A DNA stretch of 64,000 nucleotides from Candidatus Heimdallarchaeota archaeon (GTDB lineage: Archaea; Asgardarchaeota; Heimdallarchaeia; Heimdallarchaeales; Heimdallarchaeaceae). The stretch covers positions 32,001-96,000 of the forward strand of contig JAHLWR010000009.1 in NCBI GenBank assembly GCA_019057815.1, given 5' to 3'. The notes under the pieces were generated by a model, which was given only the letters and a program-made list of their open reading frames with translations, was not told the origin of the DNA and ran no database searches. Positions 38,043 through 48,341 of this stretch are shown here, one piece after another. Positions within the stretch are counted from its first letter, which is position 1. Each line of letters opens with the position of its first letter. The position numbers and the translations under genes are program-made.

Positions 38043-38909
38043 ATGCGTAAGCCAAAGAAAGAATACTATCTAGAATGGGAAGCTGAGAAGATTTTCATTA
38101 ACTTAAAAAACGGAGCTAAGTTAAGAGTTCTCTATTACCCTGCTATTACGAAATCAGAAAATACTCTCAATATCGTTTATAATTCAGGTTTTAATTCATA
38201 TGTTTTTATCTGGCTCGAATCTGTTGAGGAGCTAAGAAAATATCATAATATTTACTTCATCGAAACAAGAGAAAAAGAATTCTGCGAAATGCCAGATAAC
38301 AATCAAGATTACAGCGTACCTATACTTTCTGAAGATTTTAAATATGCACTTGATGAATTAGGACTAGATATTAGTAAGTGCGTTTTTACGGGGTCATCTA
38401 TCGGTTCTAATGGAATATTACACTCCATGGATAAATATCATTTGAAGCCTTTTTTGGCGGTTTTAGCTACACCAATGGCTCTAATGGAAAGAACTAATCT
38501 TATTGATACGACGCTTTGGATGCCTTATTATGTTGCTCAACTGCTTAAACCGTTTTTATACTTATTAATAACTATAATTTTCAGGAATGACAAATCCCAA
38601 GTAAAAACTATGAAACATGGTGTCAGCAGAATGCTCAAGAAAAAAAGTATGGCATGGCTTAGATTAAATCCTCTAAGTAAACCTTACGTAATGTCTGAAG
38701 AACATACAAAAAATCTTCATTCTCCAATTGTTATTGTAAACCCAGAAGCAGATAAAACTCACGATAGCGGTCTAATGACAAAAATAGAATCTTTTCTTCC
38801 CAAAGCGAAATTTGTAACAGTACCTGTTAATTCTGATACTCATAATAAGCGCTTTGCAAAGATTATCTTGGATGAGATTGAAAATCAAAGAAATAAGAAA
38901 GAGAATTAA
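38043..38909 (+). CDS. Alpha/beta hydrolase
   Basis: GSSIG nucleophile elbow; ADKTH and late His. Confidence 0.7.
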   Translation: MRKPKKEYYLEWEAEKIFINLKNGAKLRVLYYPAITKSENTLNIVYNSGFNSYVFIWLESVEELRKYHNIYFIETREKEFCEMPDNNQDYSVPILSEDFKYALDELGLDISKCVFTGSSIGSNGILHSMDKYHLKPFLAVLATPMALMERTNLIDTTLWMPYYVAQLLKPFLYLLITIIFRNDKSQVKTMKHGVSRMLKKKSMAWLRLNPLSKPYVMSEEHTKNLHSPIVIVNPEADKTHDSGLMTKIESFLPKAKFVTVPVNSDTHNKRFAKIILDEIENQRNKKEN

Positions 38910-38968
38910 GAAGTAGTTTTTAGATGAATTTTAGATAAATTTTAATATGGTCTAAATATAGCATATTT

Positions 38969-39613
38969 ATGGATAATAACAAAGATAATGCTGAACTTCT
39001 ATGGAAGGTTATTATATCCAAAATTAAACCATATTTAACAAGTGATGATCTCGTTTTTTTAGACGCAGATAGATATTCTAAGTTGATTATAAGGTTGAGA
39101 GATATTAAAGAGTTAAACGAAAATGAACTATCTTATGCTAGAAAAAACAGAGATTTAATCCTCTTAAGAATGGGACTGATTCATACAATTCCTGATATGT
39201 CGGATCAAGTCTTGGAATTAGCATTACATCAAGTAGCAGTCCGTTTAGCTAAAACATATTATAGCACTAATGTTGTCGAATCAATAGAAGAAGCTGAAAA
39301 AAAAGTTTTAGACTTGGTCAGAAACATTGGACGTGGAGTTGTTTCAATTAGTTTGAATCCTGAAGAAGGAATTATTGATATGCGTAATGTACTTACTAAA
39401 TATAGCAAAATAACGCTTGATAATGCAAAAGATATTGAAAAGATATTATCTAAGCTTAAAGATGATCTAATGGAAATCGGTGTTGTTGGTTCGGTTCTAC
39501 ATGATATTAGCCAAGTATGTCAACAATTAAGGAAAACTAGAGAAGAAGATTTACCTATGAAATCTGATATTTTGGAATCATCTTATGACTGGCAAGAAAA
39601 AATCTTGAAGTGA
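38969..39613 (+). CDS. Hypothetical helical protein
   Basis: 214-aa ORF with 4-bp overlap to the next gene. Confidence 0.65.
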   Translation: MDNNKDNAELLWKVIISKIKPYLTSDDLVFLDADRYSKLIIRLRDIKELNENELSYARKNRDLILLRMGLIHTIPDMSDQVLELALHQVAVRLAKTYYSTNVVESIEEAEKKVLDLVRNIGRGVVSISLNPEEGIIDMRNVLTKYSKITLDNAKDIEKILSKLKDDLMEIGVVGSVLHDISQVCQQLRKTREEDLPMKSDILESSYDWQEKILK

Positions 39614-40389
39614 ATAAAATGGATATAGAAGAGAGCAATAACGATGAAAATACGCTAAAAGAGATTCCTAAAGTCAAACAAAACGAGAACAAATCTAATG
39701 ATACTATTAACAACGCTGAAGACGCTAAAAGTAAAAGCGAATCGAAAATATATAAAATATTTCAATTATTTACCTCTAAAATTAAAGAAACAATAAATGT
39801 TGAGCTACTTAGACTTGATATAGAGGTGTGGATTTTAAGTAAGCTCAAAGAAGGTCCAACAATCATTGTGGGTGATAAAATAGCAGGATTTTCAGAAGAA
39901 GTAGCTAATCTTGGAAATAAGGTTGTAGTTAGAGATAGTTCTGTAACATATGTCTCACCTAAAGTAGAAATCGGAAATAAAGAACATCTAGCTCACATAG
40001 ATATGAAACCCTTCAAATTTGAAAAGTTTCTTTCAAGTAGGGATCAGTTTTCTAACATTATTCTTTTCTTTATTCTGAAAAAATTAACAAAAGAAGAAAG
40101 GGTTGAAATATTAACCCACTGCAAAAGGATGTTATTTAGAGAAGGTCAATTGATAGTTGTTGATGAGTTTTATCCTAAAAATGTGCTATTATTGCCCTTT
40201 GTAGTCCTTTTAGAAGCTTTAAAGAGTTTTTATGCTAAAATAAAAGGAAGAAAAATCATCACTCCTTTGAGAAATCTAGAGAAATTGACGAAACAATTGG
40301 ACTTCAAATTCTATGATGTTAAATATGATGGGAATGGGAGAATCAGATCACACGTTCTTACCAAAAGATGGGGAGCTTTAATCAGCTAA
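39610..40389 (+). CDS. Degenerate class I SAM-methyltransferase-like protein
   Basis: EERVEILTHCKRMLFREGQLIVVDE resembles an MTase C-terminal motif, but no clear GxGxG. Confidence 0.5.
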   Translation: MNKMDIEESNNDENTLKEIPKVKQNENKSNDTINNAEDAKSKSESKIYKIFQLFTSKIKETINVELLRLDIEVWILSKLKEGPTIIVGDKIAGFSEEVANLGNKVVVRDSSVTYVSPKVEIGNKEHLAHIDMKPFKFEKFLSSRDQFSNIILFFILKKLTKEERVEILTHCKRMLFREGQLIVVDEFYPKNVLLLPFVVLLEALKSFYAKIKGRKIITPLRNLEKLTKQLDFKFYDVKYDGNGRIRSHVLTKRWGALIS

Positions 40390-40404
40390 TTACTATTCAT
40401 AATT

Positions 40405-40713
40405 CTAAACAGGATATTTTTTAGCATTTTTCTTTAATTTTGTATGTATAGCTTCTTCCAAATTAACCTCAAGTTCATTGGCTAGTGAAAATAAATAGAT
40501 AGCTACATCAGCTAATTCGTCAGATAAATGATCTTTTTCCTCATCCAATTTATTATAAATTTCATCATCTGATAACCACTGAAGCATCTCAAAAAGTTCT
40601 CCAATCTCAATAATCATAGAAAGAGCTAAATTTTTAGGAGTGTGAAATTTTTTCCATTTCCTTTGATCTCTGAATTTTATAATTTCTTGAGTTATCTCTT
40701 TAATGTTAGTCAC
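40405..40713 (-). CDS. MazG-like nucleotide pyrophosphohydrolase (dCTPase type)
   Basis: RKWKKFHTPKNLA, EIGELFE, DELADV, NAKKYP. Confidence 0.88.
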   Translation of the reverse strand: MTNIKEITQEIIKFRDQRKWKKFHTPKNLALSMIIEIGELFEMLQWLSDDEIYNKLDEEKDHLSDELADVAIYLFSLANELEVNLEEAIHTKLKKNAKKYPV

Positions 40714-40754
40714 AGAAAAATACGAAAAAGAGGAGTATAAAAACTATTTTCTTT

Positions 40755-41846
40755 CTAAATAACTTTCATTCTCCAATTATTTTTATCTTCTTTTTTGCCT
40801 GTTTGAATTCCTATCAACTCTTCATATAGTCTCTTGGTGATAGGTCCTACTTCAAGACCGTTTATCGCATACTCCTTATTCTTAAAGAATAGTGCTCCTA
40901 CTGGAGTTATTGAGGCAGCAGTTCCTGTTCCAAAGGCCTCAGTGCAATGTCCTTTCTCAATTTGGTCGATTAAGATTTTAATTTCAATTGATTCCTCATT
41001 CACAGTATAACCTAGATTTTTTGCAAGATGTATTACTGATTTACGAGTGATTCCTTGAAGAATTGTGCCATCAAGAGGTGGTGTAAAAATCTCATTGTTA
41101 ATCACAAACATAATGTTCATTGCTCCCACCTCCTCGACATAACGTCTCTCTTTGGCATCCAACCACAACACTTGACTGTAACCAGCTTCTTTAGCTATTT
41201 GAGTTTCATAAAGAGTCGAAGCATAATTACCACCGGTTTTTGCTTCTCCTGTTCCTCCAATAGATGTTCTAACATGTTTATCTGCGACATAAATCTTTGT
41301 GGGACTGAATCCTGTTGAGAAGTACGGTCCTACGGGAGACAAGATGATGTAAAAGTAATACTCTCTACTTGCATGTACTCCTAATGCTGTTTCTGTAGCT
41401 ATCATAGTAGGTCTAATGTATAAAGTCGTTCCGGGGGTTTTTGGAACCCACTCTCTATCAATTTTAATTAGTTCTACTATGGCTTTAACAAATAAATCCT
41501 TGTTAACAGCAGGCATACACATTCTTTCAGCTGATACATTGAATCTTTCAGCATTTTCATGTGGTCGAAAGATATACACAGAACCAGATTTTTGATTAAT
41601 ATACGCTTTCATTCCTTCAAAGATTTCTTGACCATAATGAAGTACCATAGCAGCTGGGTCTAAGCTGAAATTTTGGTAAGGCATAATTTTTGGCGTACAC
41701 CATTTTCCATCTTTATACTTCATCAAGAACATATGATCAGTGAAAATTTTTCCGAATGTTAGCTCTTCATCAGGTACTTTTTCCCTTTTTTGTTCTTCTG
41801 AACATAATTGTATGTGTATTTCTTGCATATAATTCATTGAACGCAT
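40755..41846 (-). CDS. ilvE: Branched-chain amino acid aminotransferase
   Basis: FGKIFTDHM, LHYGQEIFEGMKAY, LYIRP, AKTGGNY, EEVGAMN, ILQGITR, GTGTAA. Confidence 0.95.
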   Translation of the reverse strand: MRSMNYMQEIHIQLCSEEQKREKVPDEELTFGKIFTDHMFLMKYKDGKWCTPKIMPYQNFSLDPAAMVLHYGQEIFEGMKAYINQKSGSVYIFRPHENAERFNVSAERMCMPAVNKDLFVKAIVELIKIDREWVPKTPGTTLYIRPTMIATETALGVHASREYYFYIILSPVGPYFSTGFSPTKIYVADKHVRTSIGGTGEAKTGGNYASTLYETQIAKEAGYSQVLWLDAKERRYVEEVGAMNIMFVINNEIFTPPLDGTILQGITRKSVIHLAKNLGYTVNEESIEIKILIDQIEKGHCTEAFGTGTAASITPVGALFFKNKEYAINGLEVGPITKRLYEELIGIQTGKKEDKNNWRMKVI

Positions 41847-41909
41847 AAGAACTTGTGTTTAAAAGTTTTTGCAAAATTTTACTCGAAAATTCAATATTTT
41901 ACTTTATCT

Positions 41910-42920
41910 TTATTTAGTATAATCTAGTAGTTCTTTGAAATGCGCTCTCAACTTGCTTCTAGAAGGCAATAATCTCAAAGTTCTTGCGATAAAATAACTA
42001 CCACCCCGTAAATAAACAGTAAATGGTTTTAATCTAGGAGCCCAATAGTGTGCCAATTGAAAGAAAATAGCTGCTTTCATCGATTCCTTAAAGTCATTCT
42101 TCTTTATTTTTATTTTATTTTTTGATAGTTCTCTTAAGTAAATATCTATTATTTCATTTAAGGTGATTGGAATTTCTCTTAAGCCAACTTTCATTCCATC
42201 AATCTTAAAAGGGAGAAGATCGTAAAAATGTAATATTTCTAAAGCAGATGGACCAAAAAAGCAATCCTGCCAGTCTATAATATGGAGATCATTTTTGGTT
42301 AACATAAAATTGTAGATCCAAGAATCACCATGGAGCAGAGTTATACCACTTCTTTGCAGAGAATCTAAATACTTGGGCTTTGATATTTCTTTTTTTACTC
42401 GTACAATCTCCTCCATTGTGATTGGTATTACCTCTTCATAGTTTTTGGCTACTAATTTAGCTTTTTTCAAATTATCATATAATTCCTTCTTTTTATGACT
42501 CCATTCGTTTATAGTCAATTTAGGGAAATCTTTGAATCTTTCTTGTTCAATTTTATTATAGAATTTGGAATGAAAACATGCAATCGCTTTCAAGGCATTT
42601 ATTATATCCTCTTTTTTCCATTTCTTTGGATGTAAGCCTTTAGCTACTTTCTCAATTAAAACCCAGAGGACATCACTAGTTTTTGATATGGCTAGAGTTT
42701 TTGGGGCAGGGACTTCATAATTAGGAGTTATTTCTTTATAAAATAGCCACTCATTCAAAGTTGTTTGATTCTTAAATATTGCATTTGTTTTTTCTTTGCG
42801 TATCCTTAATTGATAAGTTTGAGCACTTGATGATCCTTGTAATTTTTTTGTTATTTTAATTTCATCTTTACTGCAATCGAATTGTTTTGAAATTTCACTT
42901 AAAATTGCATCTGATAGCAA
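41910..42920 (-). CDS. APH/choline-kinase-like phosphotransferase
   Basis: LLHGDSWIYNF and IIDWQ motifs. Confidence 0.8.
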   Translation of the reverse strand: MLSDAILSEISKQFDCSKDEIKITKKLQGSSSAQTYQLRIRKEKTNAIFKNQTTLNEWLFYKEITPNYEVPAPKTLAISKTSDVLWVLIEKVAKGLHPKKWKKEDIINALKAIACFHSKFYNKIEQERFKDFPKLTINEWSHKKKELYDNLKKAKLVAKNYEEVIPITMEEIVRVKKEISKPKYLDSLQRSGITLLHGDSWIYNFMLTKNDLHIIDWQDCFFGPSALEILHFYDLLPFKIDGMKVGLREIPITLNEIIDIYLRELSKNKIKIKKNDFKESMKAAIFFQLAHYWAPRLKPFTVYLRGGSYFIARTLRLLPSRSKLRAHFKELLDYTK

Positions 42921-42973
42921 TAAATCACCAAGTCAAGAAAATTACTTTTATCTATATTTAATTGTTTCGACAA

Positions 42974-42994
42974 AAGGTCAACAGATAGTTCTAT
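42974..42994. repeat. 21-bp dispersed exact repeat, copy 1
   Basis: aaggtcaacagatagttctat, identical to 59655-59675. Confidence 0.85.
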
Positions 42995-43214
42995 AGTACT
43001 TATATTAAAATTCACCAATCAAAATCACGAGGGATCACATTAAAGGAAGAAGATGAAAGGAAGAATCTATAAAGGATTCAGAATCATTTGAAATAATAAC
43101 AAGTGATTACCATTTTTATTTAATCTTCGTTGACTTAAGATTTTTTTCTGGGAATTTGTTGTATCTCCTTACTAGCTACATTAGTAGAAGTTCCATTCTT
43201 TTGAGTAGAATAGT

Positions 43215-43685
43215 TCATTCGTCATCATCAAATTTTACAGAGTATTTCCAAATCTTGTCTAATATTTTCTCCTCATCAGTTGACATAGAACCTATCAAAT
43301 CAATAAGGCTATTTAGGGTTGCTTCATGTTTTTGAACATCCCCAAGAACAGTAACTAGTATTTTCTTAGTTGTATCATCAGTCATTTTGTCAATAACAGA
43401 TTTTAATTGATTCTTAACATTCCATTCCAATTCTATAACCTTTTGTATTTTACTAGTAGCATTTTCTTTATCATCAACAGGTATAGCCTGATTTTGACCT
43501 TGAGCTCTATCTAATAGTCCTTTAAAAATCTCAGCATGTTTTTTAGCGTCTAAACCAATTCCATGAAATAATGACTCAAGAAGAGAATTACCAACACAAC
43601 AATCAACTGATACTAATATTTGACCTATTTTCTCTTTAATTTCAAGCATTTGACGAAGTTGCATTATAAAGGCATCTTTTTCCAT
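43215..43685 (-). CDS. Divergent ferritin-like protein
   Basis: GIGLDAKKH and DVQKH parallel the motifs of the 12867 and 13362 proteins. Confidence 0.65.
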   Translation of the reverse strand: MEKDAFIMQLRQMLEIKEKIGQILVSVDCCVGNSLLESLFHGIGLDAKKHAEIFKGLLDRAQGQNQAIPVDDKENATSKIQKVIELEWNVKNQLKSVIDKMTDDTTKKILVTVLGDVQKHEATLNSLIDLIGSMSTDEEKILDKIWKYSVKFDDDE

Positions 43686-43871
43686 AGCGATAAGAAATTT
43701 TTTGATATTATAAAAGTTACTAATGCAAGAAAAGTGAAAAACAACTTAATATTAAACCTTAACTATCACCGAATTTCATCCCTTTATTAAGAATTGTTAA
43801 TGTTTCAAAGATACAAATATAAATAAGCAAAAAATCGTCTAGATATCTATATTGAAAAGCAGTGTGAAAAA

Positions 43872-44789
43872 ATGAGTAAGCATATAATTTCAGTTTCTTT
43901 AGGTTCGTCAAAACGAGATTTTAAGAAAGATTATGTTTTAGGTGGGGAGACCATCATAGCGGAGAGAATCGGAACAGACGGGAGTATGAAAAAATATCGT
44001 GAATTGATACTTAAATTAGATGGTACAGTTGATTGTTTTGGTATTGGTGGTTTTGATTTATATTTGAGAAAAGGTGAAAGACGATACAAAATTCGAGATG
44101 TTTGGAAAATCGTAAAAAATGTAAAAGAAACACCTATGGTCGATGGAGGGGGAATCAAAAGCACTATTGAAGGCAATATTATGCAATGTATAGAGGAAAA
44201 ACTTCCTGAAGAAGTCGAGGAAAGTCGAAGTACTCTTAACATGTGTGCAGTAGACCGCTGGGGATTGGCTGAATCTTCTTGGGAATTTGTTGAGCACAAC
44301 AGAAAACTAATAACTTTTGGTGATCTACTTTGGGGATTACAATTAGGAATTGCTCTTCATCGTATGAGTACAATAAAATTAGTTGCTAAAATATTGCTTC
44401 CTGTCGTTTCTCGAATGCCATTTTCAATGCTTTATCCTACTGGTGATAAACAAGAAGAACATAAACCAACTAAAGTTAAATATTTTAAGAGAGCTAAATT
44501 TATTGCAGGGGATTTTCATTTTATTAAGAGAAATATGCCTTTAGATGGGATGGAAGGAAAAATTTTGGTCACAAATACAACAACACCTGAAGATATTGAA
44601 CTTCTAAAAAATATAGGTGTTAAGTATGTTGTGACTTCTACACCAAGAATCGAGGGAAGATCCTTTGGTACTAATGTTTTGGAAGCTTGTATTGTTGCTA
44701 TAAGTGGTGAAAATAGAGAACTTACCACTGAAGAATATGTTGAATTCCTTGATAAATTGTCAATAGAACCACTTATCCAAAAACTGTAA
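43872..44789 (+). CDS. Uncharacterised protein of the family often auto-annotated 'quinate 5-dehydrogenase'
   Basis: ISVSLGSSKRD, RIGTDG, VDGGGIK, AVDRWGLA, LYPTG, IAGDFH, TNTTT, GRSFGTNVLEA. Confidence 0.7.
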   Translation: MSKHIISVSLGSSKRDFKKDYVLGGETIIAERIGTDGSMKKYRELILKLDGTVDCFGIGGFDLYLRKGERRYKIRDVWKIVKNVKETPMVDGGGIKSTIEGNIMQCIEEKLPEEVEESRSTLNMCAVDRWGLAESSWEFVEHNRKLITFGDLLWGLQLGIALHRMSTIKLVAKILLPVVSRMPFSMLYPTGDKQEEHKPTKVKYFKRAKFIAGDFHFIKRNMPLDGMEGKILVTNTTTPEDIELLKNIGVKYVVTSTPRIEGRSFGTNVLEACIVAISGENRELTTEEYVEFLDKLSIEPLIQKL

Positions 44790-44791
44790 GG

Positions 44792-45613
44792 ATGTCTTTA
44801 ATGGAGAAGTACAATGCAATTATCTTTGCTGGACGTACGGAGAGAGACAATGTTTTATGCGAGATGGAAAATGTTTCTAATAAAGGCTTCATTAAACTAG
44901 GAGACAAAATTTTTCTTGAAAGGATAGTTGAGGAATTTGTAAAATGTGAGGAAATAGGTGATATCTATATCAGTGGAATAGCAGAGGAAGATTGGGAAAC
45001 TAATCTGCCTGTTACTTTTAGTGATGATCAAAGCTCCTTATTTAAAGAAGTACAAAATGTTAATAAAAAATATATCACAAAAAAAGAAAATTTCTCTGAA
45101 ATAGTTGTTCTACACTCTTGTGATGGCCCCCTAGTTACTGCAGAAATAATTTCAAGACTTATAAAGAGATGCAAAGAAGCTTCAGGAGGAGAGCTTGATG
45201 GCTTCTTTTATTATTCTTTTATTAAGAATGAAGTTATGGAAAGAAAATTCCCTAATTCAAAAAGAACATATGCTAAATTTAAGGAATTTGAAGTTTGTGG
45301 GGGCGATGTAATAATAATTAATACAAGGAAAATGAGGGATTATCAGAATATTATTGATAACCTTAATGAAAAAAGAAAAAGCGTTCTTGCACAAATAATT
45401 ATTTTAAATCCATTTTTAATCATTCAATATCTACTAAAACGTCTTTCTATTTATAAATTTATGAAATCTGTTAATAGAAGAATTTTCAAAGTTGAAAAAG
45501 GAGTTTACGCTGTTCTGAGCGATGATGCTGAAATAGCAATGGACGTGGATAAACCACATCAATTAGAAGAAGTAAGAAGGTATTATAATGAGAATAAGGA
45601 TATATATGATTGA
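44792..45613 (+). CDS. MobA-like NTP transferase
   Basis: AIIFAG, NKGFI, CDGPLV, KRTY, GGDV, IAMDVDKP. Confidence 0.75.
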   Translation: MSLMEKYNAIIFAGRTERDNVLCEMENVSNKGFIKLGDKIFLERIVEEFVKCEEIGDIYISGIAEEDWETNLPVTFSDDQSSLFKEVQNVNKKYITKKENFSEIVVLHSCDGPLVTAEIISRLIKRCKEASGGELDGFFYYSFIKNEVMERKFPNSKRTYAKFKEFEVCGGDVIIINTRKMRDYQNIIDNLNEKRKSVLAQIIILNPFLIIQYLLKRLSIYKFMKSVNRRIFKVEKGVYAVLSDDAEIAMDVDKPHQLEEVRRYYNENKDIYD

Positions 45614-45763
45614 AGATCTCTTTTGAGTTCCTCCAAGATTCCCTTCATTCATTAGATGAAGACAGCAGAAGTCCTCTTCTTTTAAGCAAGGGTAATACAT
45701 TAAACTACTAAAAACAATAATCATTTTCAAACAATCTTATATAGAACCTAATACTCAAAATTT

Positions 45764-46585
45764 ATGACGACTAAAATGATAAAATTAGATACAGTAGTTT
45801 TGTGTGGAAGAGCAAAAATAGATGATGAGCTCTTACTCTATATTAGAGAAAAAACAGGACAAAAAGAAGTTGACAATAAAGCATTGTTCGAAATAGCTGG
45901 CAAAAAAATTCTCCACTATATCGTTGATGTACTGAATGAAGCAGAAAATATAGGTAACATATTCATAGCAGGACTTTCTAAAGAGGATATCGAATTCAAC
46001 TACCCAGTGACTTATCTAGAATTATCTAAAGAAAGCTCTGTTATAGACAAAATATTCACATGGGTACAAGAGAACCTTCTAAAAAGAGACAAACCTGAAA
46101 CTCCAGTATTGGTTGTAAATGGAGATATCCCTACAATTTCAAAGGAAGGTATTAATTGGATAGCAAAAAAAGTTTCTGAAAGTACTGCTACCTTTCAATA
46201 TACTGTTGTTGGACAAGAAGATATGGATAGGGTTTTTCCTGATTCTAGAAGATCATTTATTAAATTTAAAGATGGAGCTATATGCGGGGGAGATGTTGTA
46301 GGAATTGCACCAGTAGAAATAATAAAACATGCAGATACTATGCGAGAACTAGTTGGAAAGAGAAAATCATTCATTCGACAAGTGATTTTCGTTGCTCCCT
46401 TCAAAGTTTTGAAAATAATGTTAAGAAGAGCAACATTAGATGAAGCAGTTCATATAGCTGAAAAAGCTCTCAAAATGAGTGTCAACCTATTGAAAGTTCC
46501 TTATCCTGAAATAGCAATGGACATTGACAAACCGCACCAGTTTGATATTGTTGAAAAACATCTGTCTCAAAAAAGAAGAACTTAA
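45764..46585 (+). CDS. MobA-like NTP transferase, paralog
   Basis: VVLCG, NKALFEIAGK, GDIP, GGDV, IAMDIDKP. Confidence 0.75.
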   Translation: MTTKMIKLDTVVLCGRAKIDDELLLYIREKTGQKEVDNKALFEIAGKKILHYIVDVLNEAENIGNIFIAGLSKEDIEFNYPVTYLELSKESSVIDKIFTWVQENLLKRDKPETPVLVVNGDIPTISKEGINWIAKKVSESTATFQYTVVGQEDMDRVFPDSRRSFIKFKDGAICGGDVVGIAPVEIIKHADTMRELVGKRKSFIRQVIFVAPFKVLKIMLRRATLDEAVHIAEKALKMSVNLLKVPYPEIAMDIDKPHQFDIVEKHLSQKRRT

Positions 46586-46597
46586 AAACAGTTTCAG

Positions 46598-47176
46598 GTG
46601 AAGAATTTAATGCCAGAATTAATCAATAAGATAGCTAATTGGGACGAGAAAGTTTCAAAAAAGATAGTCCTATTTTCGGAGAAAAAACTGAAATTTGCTA
46701 GCTTTATTGCTTTATCAGGCAATGTACAACCTTGGTTAATAGTGTCTATTTTATTCCTTATTTTCAATCTATTTATTGATAGATCCTTCAATTTAGTTCA
46801 AATAGCATTCACTTTCTGTACTGGAATATTAACTTCTATTTGTAAATATTCAGTAAAGAGGGATAGACCAAGTGTAACCATCGCTAAAAAATATGTAGGA
46901 AAAGGTGATTTCTTCAGTTTTCCAAGTGGACATGCGGGAAGAATGGGATGTTTAGCTCTTCTATTTGCAGTGAAGTACCCATTTATTGGTTGGGTTTTTG
47001 TACTATGGGCTATAGGAGTAGCATTTTCGAGGGTTGCTCTACAATTACATTATTTCCTAGATGTACTTATTGGACTTTTAATAGGATGTTTTTCTGCAAT
47101 TATAGCTTTTATCTTTTATAGTCAGATTGTGAATCTTCTTTCACCAATAATTGAATGGATGAACAGTTTAATTTAG
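46598..47176 (+). CDS. PAP2-family membrane phosphatase
   Basis: KxxxxRxRP, SFPSGH, SRVALQLHYFLDV. Confidence 0.9.
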   Translation: MKNLMPELINKIANWDEKVSKKIVLFSEKKLKFASFIALSGNVQPWLIVSILFLIFNLFIDRSFNLVQIAFTFCTGILTSICKYSVKRDRPSVTIAKKYVGKGDFFSFPSGHAGRMGCLALLFAVKYPFIGWVFVLWAIGVAFSRVALQLHYFLDVLIGLLIGCFSAIIAFIFYSQIVNLLSPIIEWMNSLI

Positions 47177-47251
47177 ATATACAATCAACTAGCAAAAGTC
47201 AACTTTTACAAATCGCAGTACGATTCTGAGGTTATAAGTTAATGTTCTATT

Positions 47252-48262
47252 ATGTTTAGAATGTCTAAAAGAGCTGAACTTCTACCACTCAAAGGAAAAG
47301 GAGTTCTAGTTTGTTTCGTTAAATATATAATACATTTAGGCATAATTAAAAACGTGAGTATAAAAAAAGAATTTACCCCTGAAGATCTTGAAGAGCTTTT
47401 AATTTATGACCCATATGAATCGGAGAGACAGCTCGTTAAAATTAAAACAGATAAACACGAATATGAAATCAGTGTTGTAGACCTCAATAAAAAACCAAAA
47501 TACAATTGTACTCTAATATTGGTACACGGTTGGGGCTCAAATCTGCTTAATTATAGATTTTTGCTCAAAAATTTACAAGCATATTTTCGAATTATTACTT
47601 ATGATTTGAGAGGTCACGGTGAGTCAGATAAAAAAGAAAGTGATTATGGTTTACAATTGTATACTAATGAATTATCTTGTGTGATAGATCACTTCAAACC
47701 TAATAATATTGTATTAATGGGTCATTCAATGGGTACAAGCATTGTCATGAATTATCTCTATTTACATCCTGAGATTAAAGCAGCAATATTAACTTCAGGT
47801 TCATCGAATTTTAGAGAACCTTTCCCTCGTATTGTTCCCTTAGTTATGTCTAAGATTGATGAGAAACTCAAAGACCATTTAGTTGAAATCGCTGTTTCAA
47901 TGTTGATGACTAGAGGTTGTCCAAAGGAACTCTTAAACATAGTTAGGGAACAAAATAAAAGAACGCCTTTTCATGTTTATAGAAAAGCTTTGCTTAACAC
48001 TATTTTCACTTGGGAAAAAGATGAAGATTTGAATAAAATAAGAAATCCTATTCTAATTTTGGTAGGAAATAAGGATTTATTAACGCCTGTAAAAGATTCT
48101 AAAAAACTTAATGAAATACTTCCAAAGTCAAGGTTAGTAATTATTCCTGGTTGTGGGCACGGTATTTTAATGGAAAAAGGCAAAGCAGTATCGAATCTTG
48201 TTAAAGAGTTTATAGAATACCAGATTGAACTTGAAGGAATAGACTCGAATTCGAAGGTTTAA
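47252..48262 (+). CDS. Alpha/beta hydrolase
   Basis: HGWG, DLRGHGES, GHSMG, GNKD, GCGH. True start is probably about 100 nt downstream. Confidence 0.85.
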   Translation: MFRMSKRAELLPLKGKGVLVCFVKYIIHLGIIKNVSIKKEFTPEDLEELLIYDPYESERQLVKIKTDKHEYEISVVDLNKKPKYNCTLILVHGWGSNLLNYRFLLKNLQAYFRIITYDLRGHGESDKKESDYGLQLYTNELSCVIDHFKPNNIVLMGHSMGTSIVMNYLYLHPEIKAAILTSGSSNFREPFPRIVPLVMSKIDEKLKDHLVEIAVSMLMTRGCPKELLNIVREQNKRTPFHVYRKALLNTIFTWEKDEDLNKIRNPILILVGNKDLLTPVKDSKKLNEILPKSRLVIIPGCGHGILMEKGKAVSNLVKEFIEYQIELEGIDSNSKV

Positions 48263-48341
48263 AGACATAAAACATGCGTTAAGAAGGAAAATGATAAAAT
48301 ATTCACATATATTTATATAGAAAAAAGATTGAACAAACAAT

